Shown in pieces: positions 1 to 11,444 of a DNA stretch of 64,000 bases. The position numbers and the translations under genes were made by a program. This stretch comes from a virus. The notes under the pieces are model-generated. The model worked only from the letters and a program-made list of their open reading frames with translations. It searched no databases and was not told where the DNA came from. Location: positions 1-64,000 of the IMG/VR virus record IMGVR_UViG_3300047557_002442; one strand, given 5' to 3'. Position 1 is the stretch's first letter. The number at the start of each line of letters is the position of its first letter.

Positions 1-2053
1 CAATCTTTAGTGCAAAATTGTTGTATCCTGTAAACAATGCTCCGCTCGCATTATAATATGACAATATACCATCCTCAAGATAATTTTTGAATGCAGCTGT
101 TGCAACACTTACAACTTCAACTTTCAATGGACTACCAATCAATCCAGAGAATTTCACATCTAGGGGATCAAAAGTTACATTGACTTGTATAACATTATCA
201 TTAACCCCAAGTACTCTTGCAACAATTGAATTTTCTGGGAATATGGCGTCATATATTCTTACCAGACTTCCTTCCCTAACGAAAGAACTAATTTGTTCTG
301 TGGTATCACCATATAATCTGTTCTCAGCCAATCCAGCAGCAAAGTTTGTATTCAGTAATGTTCCGCTTGTTGTGTTATCTTGCAGTGATAGTGGAAATGT
401 TGCTAATGAATACTCAAGCTCAACCAAATCAGTCTCGTTATCAACCGAACTTATTAAATCAGCTGGCGATGTTTTAAGCAATCTTGTCCAGGACGTGTTT
501 TCAAAAGTATTGGAGTCTTCGGCATTATAAAATTTAACAAAGACCTCAATATCTGTTCCAGTAGGTCTATACGCTGTTAAGTATACTTTAATGTCTTCGG
601 ATATTTGATTGTTTGCAAGATTGATCTTTTTGGTTATAATTTTTGATGCTGCTTGACCATTTGATTTATCTTCCCCTGCAAGCGTTCCATTCAAGTAAAC
701 AGATGTTGTGTGAAATATAAGATCTTCTTCATCTATTAATGGACTCACAAATTCATTATCTGACGATAAAGCAATATCAAAATTCATTGACTTACCATTT
801 GTAAATGATGCAGTATTGCTTGTTACCTCTATTGATCTTGAGTAACAATATGCTTTGAACTGTCTAAACGTATTTTGATCAAACATTTTAACAGTTGTTG
901 GAGTTGATATGGTTACTTGTGATGAGTTAGCCAATTTGACTGATACGTTTGAACTTGTACTTGTAGGTGTCAGTATCTTGAACTCAGGTGTGAAATAATT
1001 GACTGGGAAGTCTGAAAGACTTAGAACCTTTGCATATGCCCCTGTCGTTTCTCCAACAATTGTATCAAATGTTGCATTGGCTAGAAAGTTATGAGTAGTA
1101 TTTGCTGTCGATCCTGTTAATATACAAAAACTTTTCATGTAGTTGAAGTCATATACTGTAGCCACCGGTGCAACAAGATAGTTACTAGTTGCATTGGTTA
1201 TTGCAGGTGGTGTGGATAGAGTCATCACGGTATTATTTGTAATAGCTGTAATTCTTCTTATACTATTTGTATTTCCAGAATTAAATACTATTGAATCCCC
1301 AACAGTGAACGTATTTGTAAACTGGGTGTTAGTTCCGGTCACTCTTGTTGATGTTGATGTTATACTAACAGTCTGGGCTGATACATACCCTGTATTTCCA
1401 AACACCGCTTCCCCACCATAAAATACACCATCCGAACTTGATTTGTCGATTACCACAAATTCCAAGTTTCTATTCACAGCATTATATGTTCTTTCTTGAC
1501 TTACATCAAACTTTTGACCCTTTAGAACAAATTTCAAATCCGTATCTACCAATGGAGTAGGAACCGTTCCATTTGTTATTAAAAAGAACTGGCCGTCTAA
1601 AGCCCCTTTTGTTATTGTAGGGTTCTGTATACCATTATATGTTTCACCAGCTTTGTTACGCCAGAGTGAGTATTGTGAGTCGTTCCCATCACATCGTATA
1701 ACGATCGCATATGACTTATTGGTTTCGATTGGTACCGGACATGGAAACTCAAATGTTGTTGCGGTCATCCCATTTGTGGATGTTAGAACATTGTTATAGC
1801 CAACACGTGCGCGTCCATATTTGACGTAAGATGTCAGATCTGGAGTTGGGACCCCATTCACAACTGTTGTTTCACACAAATAAACAACAACGCCTGGATC
1901 AGGAAGTAATATCCCACTGGCTGTCAATAACCCTGCACGTGTTGGTTTATTTCTAAAAAATAATTGCACACTGTTTACAAATGCATAACTAGCACCCTTG
2001 ACAGCTTCGCCATCAATATAAAAGGTTTGTGCAAAATCTGCTGATATACTCAT
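1..2053 (-). CDS. Virion structural protein (C-terminal DUF4815/VrlC-like moiety), runs off the left edge
   Basis: Not in the ORF track because it is open at the window edge. ATG at 2053 reads MSISADFAQTFYIDGEAVKG...FEFPCPVPIETNKSYAIVI. The AQTF motif and later ASKIITKKINL..SEDIKVYLTAYRPTGTDIEV match the C-terminal part of large T4-like structural proteins. Confidence 0.7.
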   Translation of the reverse strand, partial: MSISADFAQTFYIDGEAVKGASYAFVNSVQLFFRNKPTRAGLLTASGILLPDPGVVVYLCETTVVNGVPTPDLTSYVKYGRARVGYNNVLTSTNGMTATTFEFPCPVPIETNKSYAIVIRCDGNDSQYSLWRNKAGETYNGIQNPTITKGALDGQFFLITNGTVPTPLVDTDLKFVLKGQKFDVSQERTYNAVNRNLEFVVIDKSSSDGVFYGGEAVFGNTGYVSAQTVSITSTSTRVTGTNTQFTNTFTVGDSIVFNSGNTNSIRRITAITNNTVMTLSTPPAITNATSNYLVAPVATVYDFNYMKSFCILTGSTANTTHNFLANATFDTIVGETTGAYAKVLSLSDFPVNYFTPEFKILTPTSTSSNVSVKLANSSQVTISTPTTVKMFDQNTFRQFKAYCYSRSIEVTSNTASFTNGKSMNFDIALSSDNEFVSPLIDEEDLIFHTTSVYLNGTLAGEDKSNGQAASKIITKKINLANNQISEDIKVYLTAYRPTGTDIEVFVKFYNAEDSNTFENTSWTRLLKTSPADLISSVDNETDLVELEYSLATFPLSLQDNTTSGTLLNTNFAAGLAENRLYGDTTEQISSFVREGSLVRIYDAIFPENSIVARVLGVNDNVIQVNVTFDPLDVKFSGLIGSPLKVEVVSVATAAFKNYLEDGILSYYNASGALFTGYNNFALKI

Positions 2054-2563
2054 TTATCTCGCCCTATTGGTAGTACTTGTTTGTGGAATTTCATTAATAA
2101 TAATATCATGTACAGCATCTAGTGTAGGAGCATATGATCTTTGAACATATGTTTCAGCATAACATCGAGCTATATCTTTATAGTTAGCTGGAAGTTCGGC
2201 ACTATCAATACTGGCCTTATCTACAACAACCAGTAAAACATTACCTGTGTTTTTTGCCAAAAATTCGTTATACTTAGCCTCTGGTACGTTATTAAGCTGA
2301 GTAAAATCTTCTTGATAATAAAAAACAAAAGACGCACTACCATTAGCATTTGTACTAAATGTTTGTCCTGGTCTATCTAGTAACTGAATAACTGACGTAT
2401 TAGCCTTTTTCATGTCAACATATAGGTTAAGATGGGTATTAATATTCAACCCATATAATTCAATGGATATAGACTGATTGCCAACAGCTTCAAGTTTACG
2501 TACAATCTTTGTCGATGTTTGGTTTACTATTCGTGATGGATCAAGTATATTTGTTATTGACAT
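2054..2563 (-). CDS. Hypothetical structural protein (169 aa), middle piece of split locus
   Basis: ORF abuts both neighbours in the structural operon. Confidence 0.6.
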   Translation of the reverse strand: MSITNILDPSRIVNQTSTKIVRKLEAVGNQSISIELYGLNINTHLNLYVDMKKANTSVIQLLDRPGQTFSTNANGSASFVFYYQEDFTQLNNVPEAKYNEFLAKNTGNVLLVVVDKASIDSAELPANYKDIARCYAETYVQRSYAPTLDAVHDIIINEIPQTSTTNRAR

Positions 2564-2565
2564 TA

Positions 2566-5500
2566 TTAATATCCTATTTTTACGTCAGGTGTTGTTACAA
2601 AGTTTGCAGGAACAACTGTGTTTGATTGTGCTACGATTGCTGTACCATTTCTTACTGTGAGATGAAATACATCTCCAGGTTGTACTCCAAATATTTCACT
2701 TTGTATTGTTGTAGTAAATACTCCTGCTGTAGTAGTAGTGTTCGAATTATATGATCTTGGAGCTGAGGTGAATGAATTAGCTGTTATTGTAGCTTTTTGG
2801 GATGCAGCACTATCAATCTTCTTTGTTCCCCTGAACACATCTACTGTATATGTAAGTACTGTTTTGTTTGGGACATTTACAGTATTTATATCTACGGTAT
2901 AAAGTCTAGTTGTTACAACTTTAGGAACAATACCAAGTATTGTTCCTGTGCCTACCCCCTGCGTACTAGTTTCCTGTGATAATGAAATTCGTCCAGCATA
3001 TGTTGGCATAGTTATAGCTGAAGGAGAAATCATCATTTCAGCCACTGCCGTATTAGGCGTCAATGCACCTGGTACCGCTGATCCAATATTTACAACAATA
3101 TTTTTTGCTGATGATAGACTTGAATTGACGGTAAATGTTTGACTCGATCCAGTACCATCTGAAGCTGTTGTATTACCGGTTACAGTAAATGTATCAATAA
3201 CACCAGTTAAACTAGCACCATTCAAATCATCGCTTGTTACACCAGTAATATTGTAGTTGAATTGAGCTCCACTAAATGATTTATATGTATTAATAGTTAT
3301 TGCAAAAGTGTTACCTGCACCCACGAACGTTGGTACATCAACTTTCCATGTTCCAAGACTTGCGTTTTGTGCAAAAATTACACGTTTTGAATCAGTCCAT
3401 CTTTGACCAGATGCTAGTGCATAACCTGCAGGAAGCATTATACGCATTCTATAGTTTTCTAAATTGTTGTAGTTGTCTCCAACAAATACAATTGTTTTTG
3501 TAGCTACTCCACCTGTAAACGTCAGTGTACCTTCCCTATCAGCATTGGAAACGTTCTTAGCATCCCCCATATTACTTCCTGTCTTACCAATCCCAGTCGA
3601 CTGAACTTCAGCAGATGGAGTGTATCCAGTAGATGTACCTGCCACAGCATCTTTACCATTCAACATAACATAATTAGCCGTTCCGGTGTATCCCGGTATC
3701 AATATTGTAAACGTCACAGTTCGCTGATCAGCAGCTAGTTTCAAGTTGATTAACGTCTTATCCATTTCGATAGTTGGATCTGGTGCTGCTGATGGATTAA
3801 TTGTTACTGTTCTGCTTCTGTTGAACCCATCACCAACTGCAAAGGTAAACTGTTCTGCTGCAAAATCATCAACATTCTTAGCTAATGTTACTGAGACATT
3901 AGCGACAGCCAATGTCGTATTCCCTACAAGTGAAACTCTTCCGCTTCTTGGAGTAGTAAAATCAGATGCTGTAATATTAGTACCACTAATATCGTATTGA
4001 TATGATGCGTTACCAATTCCAGTTGTTTGAAGTGTAAATATTACAGTATTGCCTTCATCTACAAAATCTCGATCAGAGCTAAGTGAGAAGGAATTAACAA
4101 TTGTGTTACCAGTTATAACTACGGCACGTGACAGCGTTCTCGTGTTTGATGCATCTCTAACCGTTAACAACATTGTTTCGTTGTTTTCTGGTGACCCATC
4201 ATTATTAGCCGTAACAACCAAATTGGCGCTGTTAGACACGATAGTTAGGTTTCCTGTCAATGGTGTTGGATCAATATCTCCTGATGAAATCCCAGTAATA
4301 GTGTATGAGAATACATTACCATTCCATCCATTTGCTTCAAGTGTGAACTTAACTGATTGTCCCTCAGCAATTGAGTCAGTATTAGCAGTTAATAATAATT
4401 TTGTTGGCGTTTGATCGATGATAGCAACAGACTGTGTTAAGTTAGCTACATCTTGAGATGTTAAATCAACTTCAAATCTCATTGTTGGACTACCAGCCGT
4501 AACCATCGTACTATTTGTTGTGACGACAAGGTTGGCTGAATTATTGGCATATGTTAACGTTCCACGTAACGGTACATCAATGTCCCCGGATGAGTTTACA
4601 CCAGTAATAACATATGGGAACGTAGTGTTTGCAACATTTGACAATGATGAAAGAGTAAACCTAACAGACTGACCTTCATTAATAATATTTGTGTTTGCCA
4701 CAAGACTGAAGATTGGTTTTGGTAAATCAGTCACGAATATTGTTTTAGTGAGATTCAATGGGTGATGGACTGTAAGACTTAACGTTTCAACCCCATTGGA
4801 TCCCTCTGAAACGAAATCAACATTTGGTGTTACACTCAATGTAGCAAAACCAGTACTGTTAATTGTCAGATTACCTGTTAATGGCACATTCAAATCACTC
4901 GCTGTTATACCAACCCCGCTCAATGTATATGGTATAACTACGCCGGTATTCACATTATCTGTATCAAGTGTGAATAAGGCAGTTTGACCTTCAAGCACAT
5001 TTTCTGTATTACATGTCAGAACCCCTCTCGGATTCAATCCATCATCCAGAATACGTAAGGAAATTGAGTTTACTCCCCCAACATTAACAGAGAATGATAG
5101 TGTTTCTGTACCTTCTGGCGAAGCATCTGAATTAGCTGCAATTGATAGTGTTGCCACAGTTCTTTCTGTATTACCGATAAGCGTCATCGTTCCAGTACTT
5201 GAAACGTTTATGTCACCAGATGATATACCAGTGATAGTATATCCTACTACGGTACCATTTGCAACATTAATTGCTTGCAAAGTGATGTTGGCTGACTGTC
5301 CTTCTACAATTTCAATTTTGTCTGATGAGAGAACATACGCTGGGGATGTGTTTGTTAGAATATTAGCCCATACGTCGCTATTAGCTGATGTTGCATAATC
5401 ATACGTATCAGTTATCTTCAATTCGCCCTTGAACGTTACCTTAAAGGATGATGGTCGAGTAATCATTTCACCAATAAACTTAACATCTCCACCAACACCA

Positions 5501-8500
5501 CTAATTGCTGATGTGAATCTACCTTGATTGACAAGATCATATGTTCCATTTGTTGGCAATGTCAATACAGCCTCACCCCACTTACCAAACCCTGGTTCTA
5601 TAAAGTCTTCCTCAGAATGTAGACTGCTCAATGTAGCTGCATTTGCGTAGTTGAAGCGGGATTGAAGATTCAACGATCTTGATAAAGGTTGCAAGAATGA
5701 ACGAGACTGATCTATCACCGCTGTTGAGTCAGGTGCTGATATCTCAATCTGTAAATAATCTTCAAATTTTTCTACAAAGAATCCATGCTTGAATCTATTC
5801 AATAAAGGGTTCAACGAACTTGGAATCACGAGCTCTGAGGTTTGTTTTTCTAATAAGTTTAACGACGTATAGTACTCAAGATTGTTGATTCGACGTTCTA
5901 ATCTACCAATATCTGCCATAGTGTATCGTCTTGGTAATTCACGGTATTGTGTAGATGTAATAGTATCTGTGACTTGGTAGTCCAACTGCTTGCTTGGGGC
6001 ATTGGTTCCAGTTGCTAGTCTCGTTGTTAAGAAATCGATTTGATTCTTATCCATCACTTGTGGTAATGATGGATACATCGGAACATTAATGATACCAAGT
6101 GTTATTTGATCCACAGTCTCTGGAGGTGGGACTGGTTGTGCTGCAGGTGTACCTCGGATAACTGATATGTTACCCTCCATATCTAAAACAACTCTATCTT
6201 TTCTAGGCAGGTAGTATGTGTAGTCATATTCAAATGCATAATCTGGATATGGGAAATTTTTGGAGTGTGATCCAAACGTCAATGTACTAGAAGGATTGAC
6301 AGTTGCGCCAGCCAATGTTGATGTGATATTAGCAGTTGCTACAGCTCTTGGTCTAAAGTCAATTGAGTTCTCTAATGATAAAACATTCCCATTTGCAGAC
6401 TTGAATACTGGAATCTCAAGAATATTAATGAAGTTATTAGATAAAGAGGTTCTTGGGGTATTGTTTTGTGTTAACTTATATGAGTTAACTGTAAAATACC
6501 CTGTTGCTGTTGGGGATGCCAGAGTAAAACAATCAACATCCACTAGTAGATACTCATCAGGTCCCAACGGTCTACCTGTCTGATGTCTATACAATTGTGC
6601 AAGACCATAATAGTCGTCAGTCTGACCACTATCCACATAGAATGAAGACGTTGCGACAAGGCTTGATGTATTAACGCTTGAATTACCAATATACACCTTA
6701 TTGAGTCTGAACACATCTGGTATACCAAGAGACCATGGACCTCTTATACCTCCTGGATTATCAGCTATACTAATTTTAACAAGTGCATTTCGTTGAACTG
6801 TTTTTTCAATTGCTGTATCGCTCTTCTTTGCATCATATATTATTGTTACTGGTACTAAACTTGATAATGTAACTGTATTTGACGCATTCCCAAAATCAAT
6901 TGTTAGTGTCTGGCCAAGCGAATCAGTATTTGCTCTAACACGATCATCATCCAATGGAATAGGATAGAATGCGCGCAGATGTCTTGCAATTGTTGTATTG
7001 CTTGTTGTTGTAAATGGCCATGGCTTATCAAGAGTCATGTAAGTTGAGTTTGCAACAGATTGTACCTTTGCAAACGTATTTGATGATGCACTTGATCCAT
7101 CCTGTAAATATACAAAATCACCAGCTCTAAAATATGTACTTAAACCTGTACCAGTAATATATGACTGATTGCGTGTTGCTACTGCAGCTGTTACGGTATT
7201 TGTTGATGTTGCGTTAGCTAATGGCGTAACAATCAAGGTACTCTTTTGTGGTGTAGATAAAACAACGCTGTTGCCAAATGGTAAAGTGTCACTTATCGTT
7301 AACGTTAATATACCTAATGTGGAAATGTTAGCTGTTGAATTAGATGTTCTATAAACATATGATCCACCTGCTACGTTACTTACTCCCTTGACTCCAATAT
7401 CGTATACAAGTGTACTTTGACTTGTATCTTTTAAGATAGCAATTTCTTTATCTGTTGTTGGATCAAGTTCTAATATTACATCCGCAATACCATTGTCTGA
7501 TGAGGATGGTCCATCGTAGTATAGTGTTCTCACATCACTAAATGAGGATCCAGCATTCATGTTAATATCAAACAAATATACTCTATATGATGCTGTTGGA
7601 GTCCCTGGTGTGCCTGATTCATGTATAACAGATCTTATTCTTGCTGTACCAATCTTTCTACCAGTTGTCGTGATAGATGTTTGATTTGATGTATAGAATT
7701 TTCTTGCAGTGTTATACAAATCAATGGTATCTGCTGTTTGCGTATTGAAGAATCCAGCATATTCTTGCACTTCTACATATGACCCATAGGACAGTGTTTT
7801 AAATTGCCCTAAATTTGCTTTTGTAGTTCTTGCTCTAGCAATTGGTACAAACGTGTTTTTTTCTGTCTGAAGGCGTTTACCTTTAATATATGCAATACCA
7901 GGATCTACCACAACATTGAAGTTTGTATTGCTCCATGTGGTTTGATCTTTTGTTGCAATATCAAATGGATCTACAACAAAGCTACCATTCGTATCATCTG
8001 TACGACGCTCAAATTCTTTTAATAGAACATTATATGATGTATTTCTATTTTGTTTATATGGTTGACCATCTCTAAAGTCAACTAACGTGAAGAATGAGTT
8101 ATTGGAAACTACGTTAGATTGACTGATTACAGCAAGTGTTGGTGTTAGTTTTAATCTATGAGCACCAGGAGCTGCAAAGTTATAAGACCCAGTTGCATTA
8201 TCAAGCAATGTAGAATCTACATTGGTATTAACAATAGTTTCTGTGGTTGTAAATCCAACAGACACACTGTCAACGTTACTAGAGTATGCATTTACAATTA
8301 TCGTTTGTGGGTCTACCTTTAAGAAATAACCTTTTTGATAGATTGTACCTTCTGTTACACCAAACGCATATGCATTACCAACAGGATTCGCTCCACCACC
8401 TGTATAAGAACTATCTGCAACAGTAACCTGTGCCTTGAATGTTTGTGGTGTTATATCTAGATTTGTTAGTGCTCCACTAGATGTTCTAACTGTTACATAA

Positions 8501-9408
8501 GGAGCAAAATGATATCCAAATCCCCCAGTCACCAATGAAACATCAGCAACAACCCCTGACGAGTCCGTAGTTAATACAGCGGTTGCACCAGCACCAATAA
8601 CGGCTGTAACGTAAGCATTATTGGCACCTTGTGTTACAAATGCCCCAGGTTGTATTGACCATCTGCTTGATGTCAGTGTAGTGTTGGCTAGATCAGCGTT
8701 GTGTGGTTTAATTTTTAATAACGTGTATCCATCAGATCCTGAGTAATCTACACCATCAATAGTTACACTGAATGTAGTATTTGCTTCAATAACCTCAACG
8801 TTTGCCGTATTGGCACCATTAACTTGTACAATATTACCTGTAGATATTACTTGGTTATTAACAAGTAGAGTACTTACAATTTCTACACTGTCACTATTTG
8901 AGAAACCAGTACCACCATTAACAACAACAAAATCAAACAGCTCAAACGTTTTATTGTATATCGTTAACACATCTGCGTTTGAAAAAGCTTTGTCAGTACC
9001 TGACGTACCTGCATTAATGTATTTCAGGTACAAATAATTCATGTTTGGGTCCGTTGCTTGGAACCCTGTTTTATAATTGACAATCTTTGCTTCTAAATTG
9101 TTTGAGTTTTTTGCATACAGGTTTTGATATGCTGCTGGAACAACAGGCTGACCATCAACTTGAGTATCAATGATTTTAACATAGTTATATGCTGGGTAAA
9201 ACTGAAAATTAACCCCGCTTACAATTGTTCCACTTTTGAATACGTGATCGCCAAAGCTCTCTACTTGATTTTGCAGAATATCCTGGATCTGTGTAAGTTC
9301 GCGAGCTTGGACGGAGACACCAGGTCTAAATAAAATCTTGTAGTATTGTTTGTCTTTATCGTAGTCGTTGAAAAACGGCGTCACGTTTAAATTAGTCTCT
9401 ATCGACAT
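2566..9408 (-). CDS. Large virion structural protein, DUF4815/VrlC-like N-terminus plus tandem Ig/Calx-beta-like repeats (2280 aa)
   Basis: N-terminus TNLNVTPFFNDYD..YYKILFRPGVSVQARELTQIQDILQNQ; APGAHRLK; YTMADIGRLERRINNLEYYTSLNLLE; RFKHGFFVE; C-terminal ~100-aa repeats. Confidence 0.8.
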   Translation of the reverse strand: MSIETNLNVTPFFNDYDKDKQYYKILFRPGVSVQARELTQIQDILQNQVESFGDHVFKSGTIVSGVNFQFYPAYNYVKIIDTQVDGQPVVPAAYQNLYAKNSNNLEAKIVNYKTGFQATDPNMNYLYLKYINAGTSGTDKAFSNADVLTIYNKTFELFDFVVVNGGTGFSNSDSVEIVSTLLVNNQVISTGNIVQVNGANTANVEVIEANTTFSVTIDGVDYSGSDGYTLLKIKPHNADLANTTLTSSRWSIQPGAFVTQGANNAYVTAVIGAGATAVLTTDSSGVVADVSLVTGGFGYHFAPYVTVRTSSGALTNLDITPQTFKAQVTVADSSYTGGGANPVGNAYAFGVTEGTIYQKGYFLKVDPQTIIVNAYSSNVDSVSVGFTTTETIVNTNVDSTLLDNATGSYNFAAPGAHRLKLTPTLAVISQSNVVSNNSFFTLVDFRDGQPYKQNRNTSYNVLLKEFERRTDDTNGSFVVDPFDIATKDQTTWSNTNFNVVVDPGIAYIKGKRLQTEKNTFVPIARARTTKANLGQFKTLSYGSYVEVQEYAGFFNTQTADTIDLYNTARKFYTSNQTSITTTGRKIGTARIRSVIHESGTPGTPTASYRVYLFDINMNAGSSFSDVRTLYYDGPSSSDNGIADVILELDPTTDKEIAILKDTSQSTLVYDIGVKGVSNVAGGSYVYRTSNSTANISTLGILTLTISDTLPFGNSVVLSTPQKSTLIVTPLANATSTNTVTAAVATRNQSYITGTGLSTYFRAGDFVYLQDGSSASSNTFAKVQSVANSTYMTLDKPWPFTTTSNTTIARHLRAFYPIPLDDDRVRANTDSLGQTLTIDFGNASNTVTLSSLVPVTIIYDAKKSDTAIEKTVQRNALVKISIADNPGGIRGPWSLGIPDVFRLNKVYIGNSSVNTSSLVATSSFYVDSGQTDDYYGLAQLYRHQTGRPLGPDEYLLVDVDCFTLASPTATGYFTVNSYKLTQNNTPRTSLSNNFINILEIPVFKSANGNVLSLENSIDFRPRAVATANITSTLAGATVNPSSTLTFGSHSKNFPYPDYAFEYDYTYYLPRKDRVVLDMEGNISVIRGTPAAQPVPPPETVDQITLGIINVPMYPSLPQVMDKNQIDFLTTRLATGTNAPSKQLDYQVTDTITSTQYRELPRRYTMADIGRLERRINNLEYYTSLNLLEKQTSELVIPSSLNPLLNRFKHGFFVEKFEDYLQIEISAPDSTAVIDQSRSFLQPLSRSLNLQSRFNYANAATLSSLHSEEDFIEPGFGKWGEAVLTLPTNGTYDLVNQGRFTSAISGVGGDVKFIGEMITRPSSFKVTFKGELKITDTYDYATSANSDVWANILTNTSPAYVLSSDKIEIVEGQSANITLQAINVANGTVVGYTITGISSGDINVSSTGTMTLIGNTERTVATLSIAANSDASPEGTETLSFSVNVGGVNSISLRILDDGLNPRGVLTCNTENVLEGQTALFTLDTDNVNTGVVIPYTLSGVGITASDLNVPLTGNLTINSTGFATLSVTPNVDFVSEGSNGVETLSLTVHHPLNLTKTIFVTDLPKPIFSLVANTNIINEGQSVRFTLSSLSNVANTTFPYVITGVNSSGDIDVPLRGTLTYANNSANLVVTTNSTMVTAGSPTMRFEVDLTSQDVANLTQSVAIIDQTPTKLLLTANTDSIAEGQSVKFTLEANGWNGNVFSYTITGISSGDIDPTPLTGNLTIVSNSANLVVTANNDGSPENNETMLLTVRDASNTRTLSRAVVITGNTIVNSFSLSSDRDFVDEGNTVIFTLQTTGIGNASYQYDISGTNITASDFTTPRSGRVSLVGNTTLAVANVSVTLAKNVDDFAAEQFTFAVGDGFNRSRTVTINPSAAPDPTIEMDKTLINLKLAADQRTVTFTILIPGYTGTANYVMLNGKDAVAGTSTGYTPSAEVQSTGIGKTGSNMGDAKNVSNADREGTLTFTGGVATKTIVFVGDNYNNLENYRMRIMLPAGYALASGQRWTDSKRVIFAQNASLGTWKVDVPTFVGAGNTFAITINTYKSFSGAQFNYNITGVTSDDLNGASLTGVIDTFTVTGNTTASDGTGSSQTFTVNSSLSSAKNIVVNIGSAVPGALTPNTAVAEMMISPSAITMPTYAGRISLSQETSTQGVGTGTILGIVPKVVTTRLYTVDINTVNVPNKTVLTYTVDVFRGTKKIDSAASQKATITANSFTSAPRSYNSNTTTTAGVFTTTIQSEIFGVQPGDVFHLTVRNGTAIVAQSNTVVPANFVTTPDVKIGY
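3800..5343 (-). repeat. Five tandem ~100-aa Ig/Calx-beta-like protein repeats (more degenerate copies toward the C-terminus)
   Basis: Recurring L..(S/N)....EGQ(S/T)..FTL.......Y(T/V)I(T/S)G..S.D....(L/T)G.LT pattern in the translation. Confidence 0.75.
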
Positions 9409-9417
9409 GGTGTCCTC

Positions 9418-11433
9418 TTAAAAACTCAAAATATGTCTTATTGTTTCGGATTGGCTATTACTTCTTGAGATTGGATCTAAGTGTTCTATATACATTACAT
9501 CACCAGATCCTTTGACTAAATCTGGGGTATATTTTACTGAACCAAGATCAACTGTATCTCCAGTATTTAGTACGACTAATGGATCGGTTGGATCAGCATT
9601 TATTATACCTTTAACACCGGTTAAGAAAAGATATGTGGCGTTGGATGAATGATAGTAGGCGTTCGACAATGACATACTTCCTTGATATACAACTGTATCT
9701 TCTGTCATAGTGTGGGCAGCACTATATGCAATACGCAATCTATTATCAAATGTTGTCCAATTATTGTAAGATTTTTCATTTACGGCTACGTTAGCAATTT
9801 TACCCCAAGCTCCTGTTGTTGCTCCTATCACATACTTACCAACTTCAAACTTTGGCTCTGTATTTGACATTGTTATATATGGAAGGGTATTACCTTTTCT
9901 GATACCTGTTGCACTGATACTTGCTTTTTGAACCTTACCTATTGTACTTGTAAATGACGGTACACTATTTACTACAAATGCTGTTGAGTTTGTTACTGCT
10001 GTTACTCTTCTTAATGCACGTTGATTATTAACACTGTCAAACAATACAATAATATCATTTGCAGCCAGGGAATTGTTGAATTCTGTTGACGTGCCCGTAA
10101 CTGTTGTACACGAAGAAGATATACTTGCGTTCCCTGTTAATGTTACGAAGTACTGTAATTGGTGAATTTTTTCAGTTCCAATGAATGTCCCACTTACCTC
10201 ATTCACCCCAAGTGTTACGTTGTCTAATAATGGATCCTTAATAACACTTATTGTTCTATAATCGTTTTCAGTAGTAACAAAACCGCCCTCACTTGTATTA
10301 TACGTTACACTGATTCCATAATTGATTGCACCAAGCTCTTGCTCACTATCTGAACCATGTCCTCCAATTGGTGGAATGATTGGATTCAATACAGCTGCAT
10401 TTGCAACACCACCAGTGTTACCAGATATAGTTGCCGTTGCATATGTAAAATTTTCACCACGGGTAATTACATTTACTTTGCTTATGAAGTTGTTAACAGT
10501 AGCGTTTGATGAAACTGTTGCATATCCTCTTGCATTAGTTGTTCCATCTCCACTTACTTCAATGTATGGTGCGATCAAGTATTCTGATCCTGACTCCGGT
10601 GGTGACGCAAATGCTGTATCCACTTCGATAATTTTGTTACCGCTCGATATATAATAGTTTGTAATTTTCTTGAGTTCCCCACTTCCGGCGCCGCTTGTTA
10701 TATACAACGCACTTCCTACGTAGAACCCAGTGTTTGATGATGCACTATTTGATAATCTATATGTCAAACTATTTCCAACGATTCCAGGAATATTTTGACG
10801 TAAATCGTCTGGAATAAACTCCCCAGTAATATTTGCAACATAATTTGAACCGCGTGTAACTATATCCACAACATCTATTGCCCCAGCGACAGTATTGCCT
10901 GCGACATTAGCACTTGTTACAACCGGCATAAAATCAGTAGTAGCAAACTTCTCAAAGTCTGTATCTGACATCTTATACATCAACTTCCAAATATAACCAT
11001 CCGCCGTAACAAAGTTACATGCACTTTCAACCGTATCAGATGGTTCAACTGTTGAACGAGCACCGCCGGCATTGGATAAGCATTTGTATACAAAGTAATT
11101 GGACGCATCGCTAGTAACCACATAATATTGTTTACCAGTCAAATCAACGCCATCATCATACATTGTGTACGCTGTATTTGTTGTCCAATCGTATCTGGGT
11201 GCCATTGGCATGATGTCGTTAGATGTAATTTTCTTGGCAAAAATTCCTTTTTCATATGGATCTACATCAACACTATTTGTCGTATCGATAGGAGCTGGAA
11301 CAGCATCATCTCCTTCATCATACTCCATTGATCTACCGGCCATCACGTAATAGGTATGGTCACCACTTACCACATCATTTTTCAGTGTGGTTACAACGCT
11401 ATGTTTGAATTTTTTTGTTGATATGCTTGACAT
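9418..11433 (-). CDS. gp8: Baseplate wedge protein gp8-like
   Basis: PRYDWT..YTMYDD, YYVV..YFVYKCLSN, TADGYIWKLMY, GGHGSD..ELGA, NDYR.I..IKDP, SGDVMYIEH..PISR...QSE.I..IL.F. Confidence 0.85.
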   Translation of the reverse strand: MSSISTKKFKHSVVTTLKNDVVSGDHTYYVMAGRSMEYDEGDDAVPAPIDTTNSVDVDPYEKGIFAKKITSNDIMPMAPRYDWTTNTAYTMYDDGVDLTGKQYYVVTSDASNYFVYKCLSNAGGARSTVEPSDTVESACNFVTADGYIWKLMYKMSDTDFEKFATTDFMPVVTSANVAGNTVAGAIDVVDIVTRGSNYVANITGEFIPDDLRQNIPGIVGNSLTYRLSNSASSNTGFYVGSALYITSGAGSGELKKITNYYISSGNKIIEVDTAFASPPESGSEYLIAPYIEVSGDGTTNARGYATVSSNATVNNFISKVNVITRGENFTYATATISGNTGGVANAAVLNPIIPPIGGHGSDSEQELGAINYGISVTYNTSEGGFVTTENDYRTISVIKDPLLDNVTLGVNEVSGTFIGTEKIHQLQYFVTLTGNASISSSCTTVTGTSTEFNNSLAANDIIVLFDSVNNQRALRRVTAVTNSTAFVVNSVPSFTSTIGKVQKASISATGIRKGNTLPYITMSNTEPKFEVGKYVIGATTGAWGKIANVAVNEKSYNNWTTFDNRLRIAYSAAHTMTEDTVVYQGSMSLSNAYYHSSNATYLFLTGVKGIINADPTDPLVVLNTGDTVDLGSVKYTPDLVKGSGDVMYIEHLDPISRSNSQSETIRHILSF

Positions 11434-11444
11434 ATTTTATTCTA

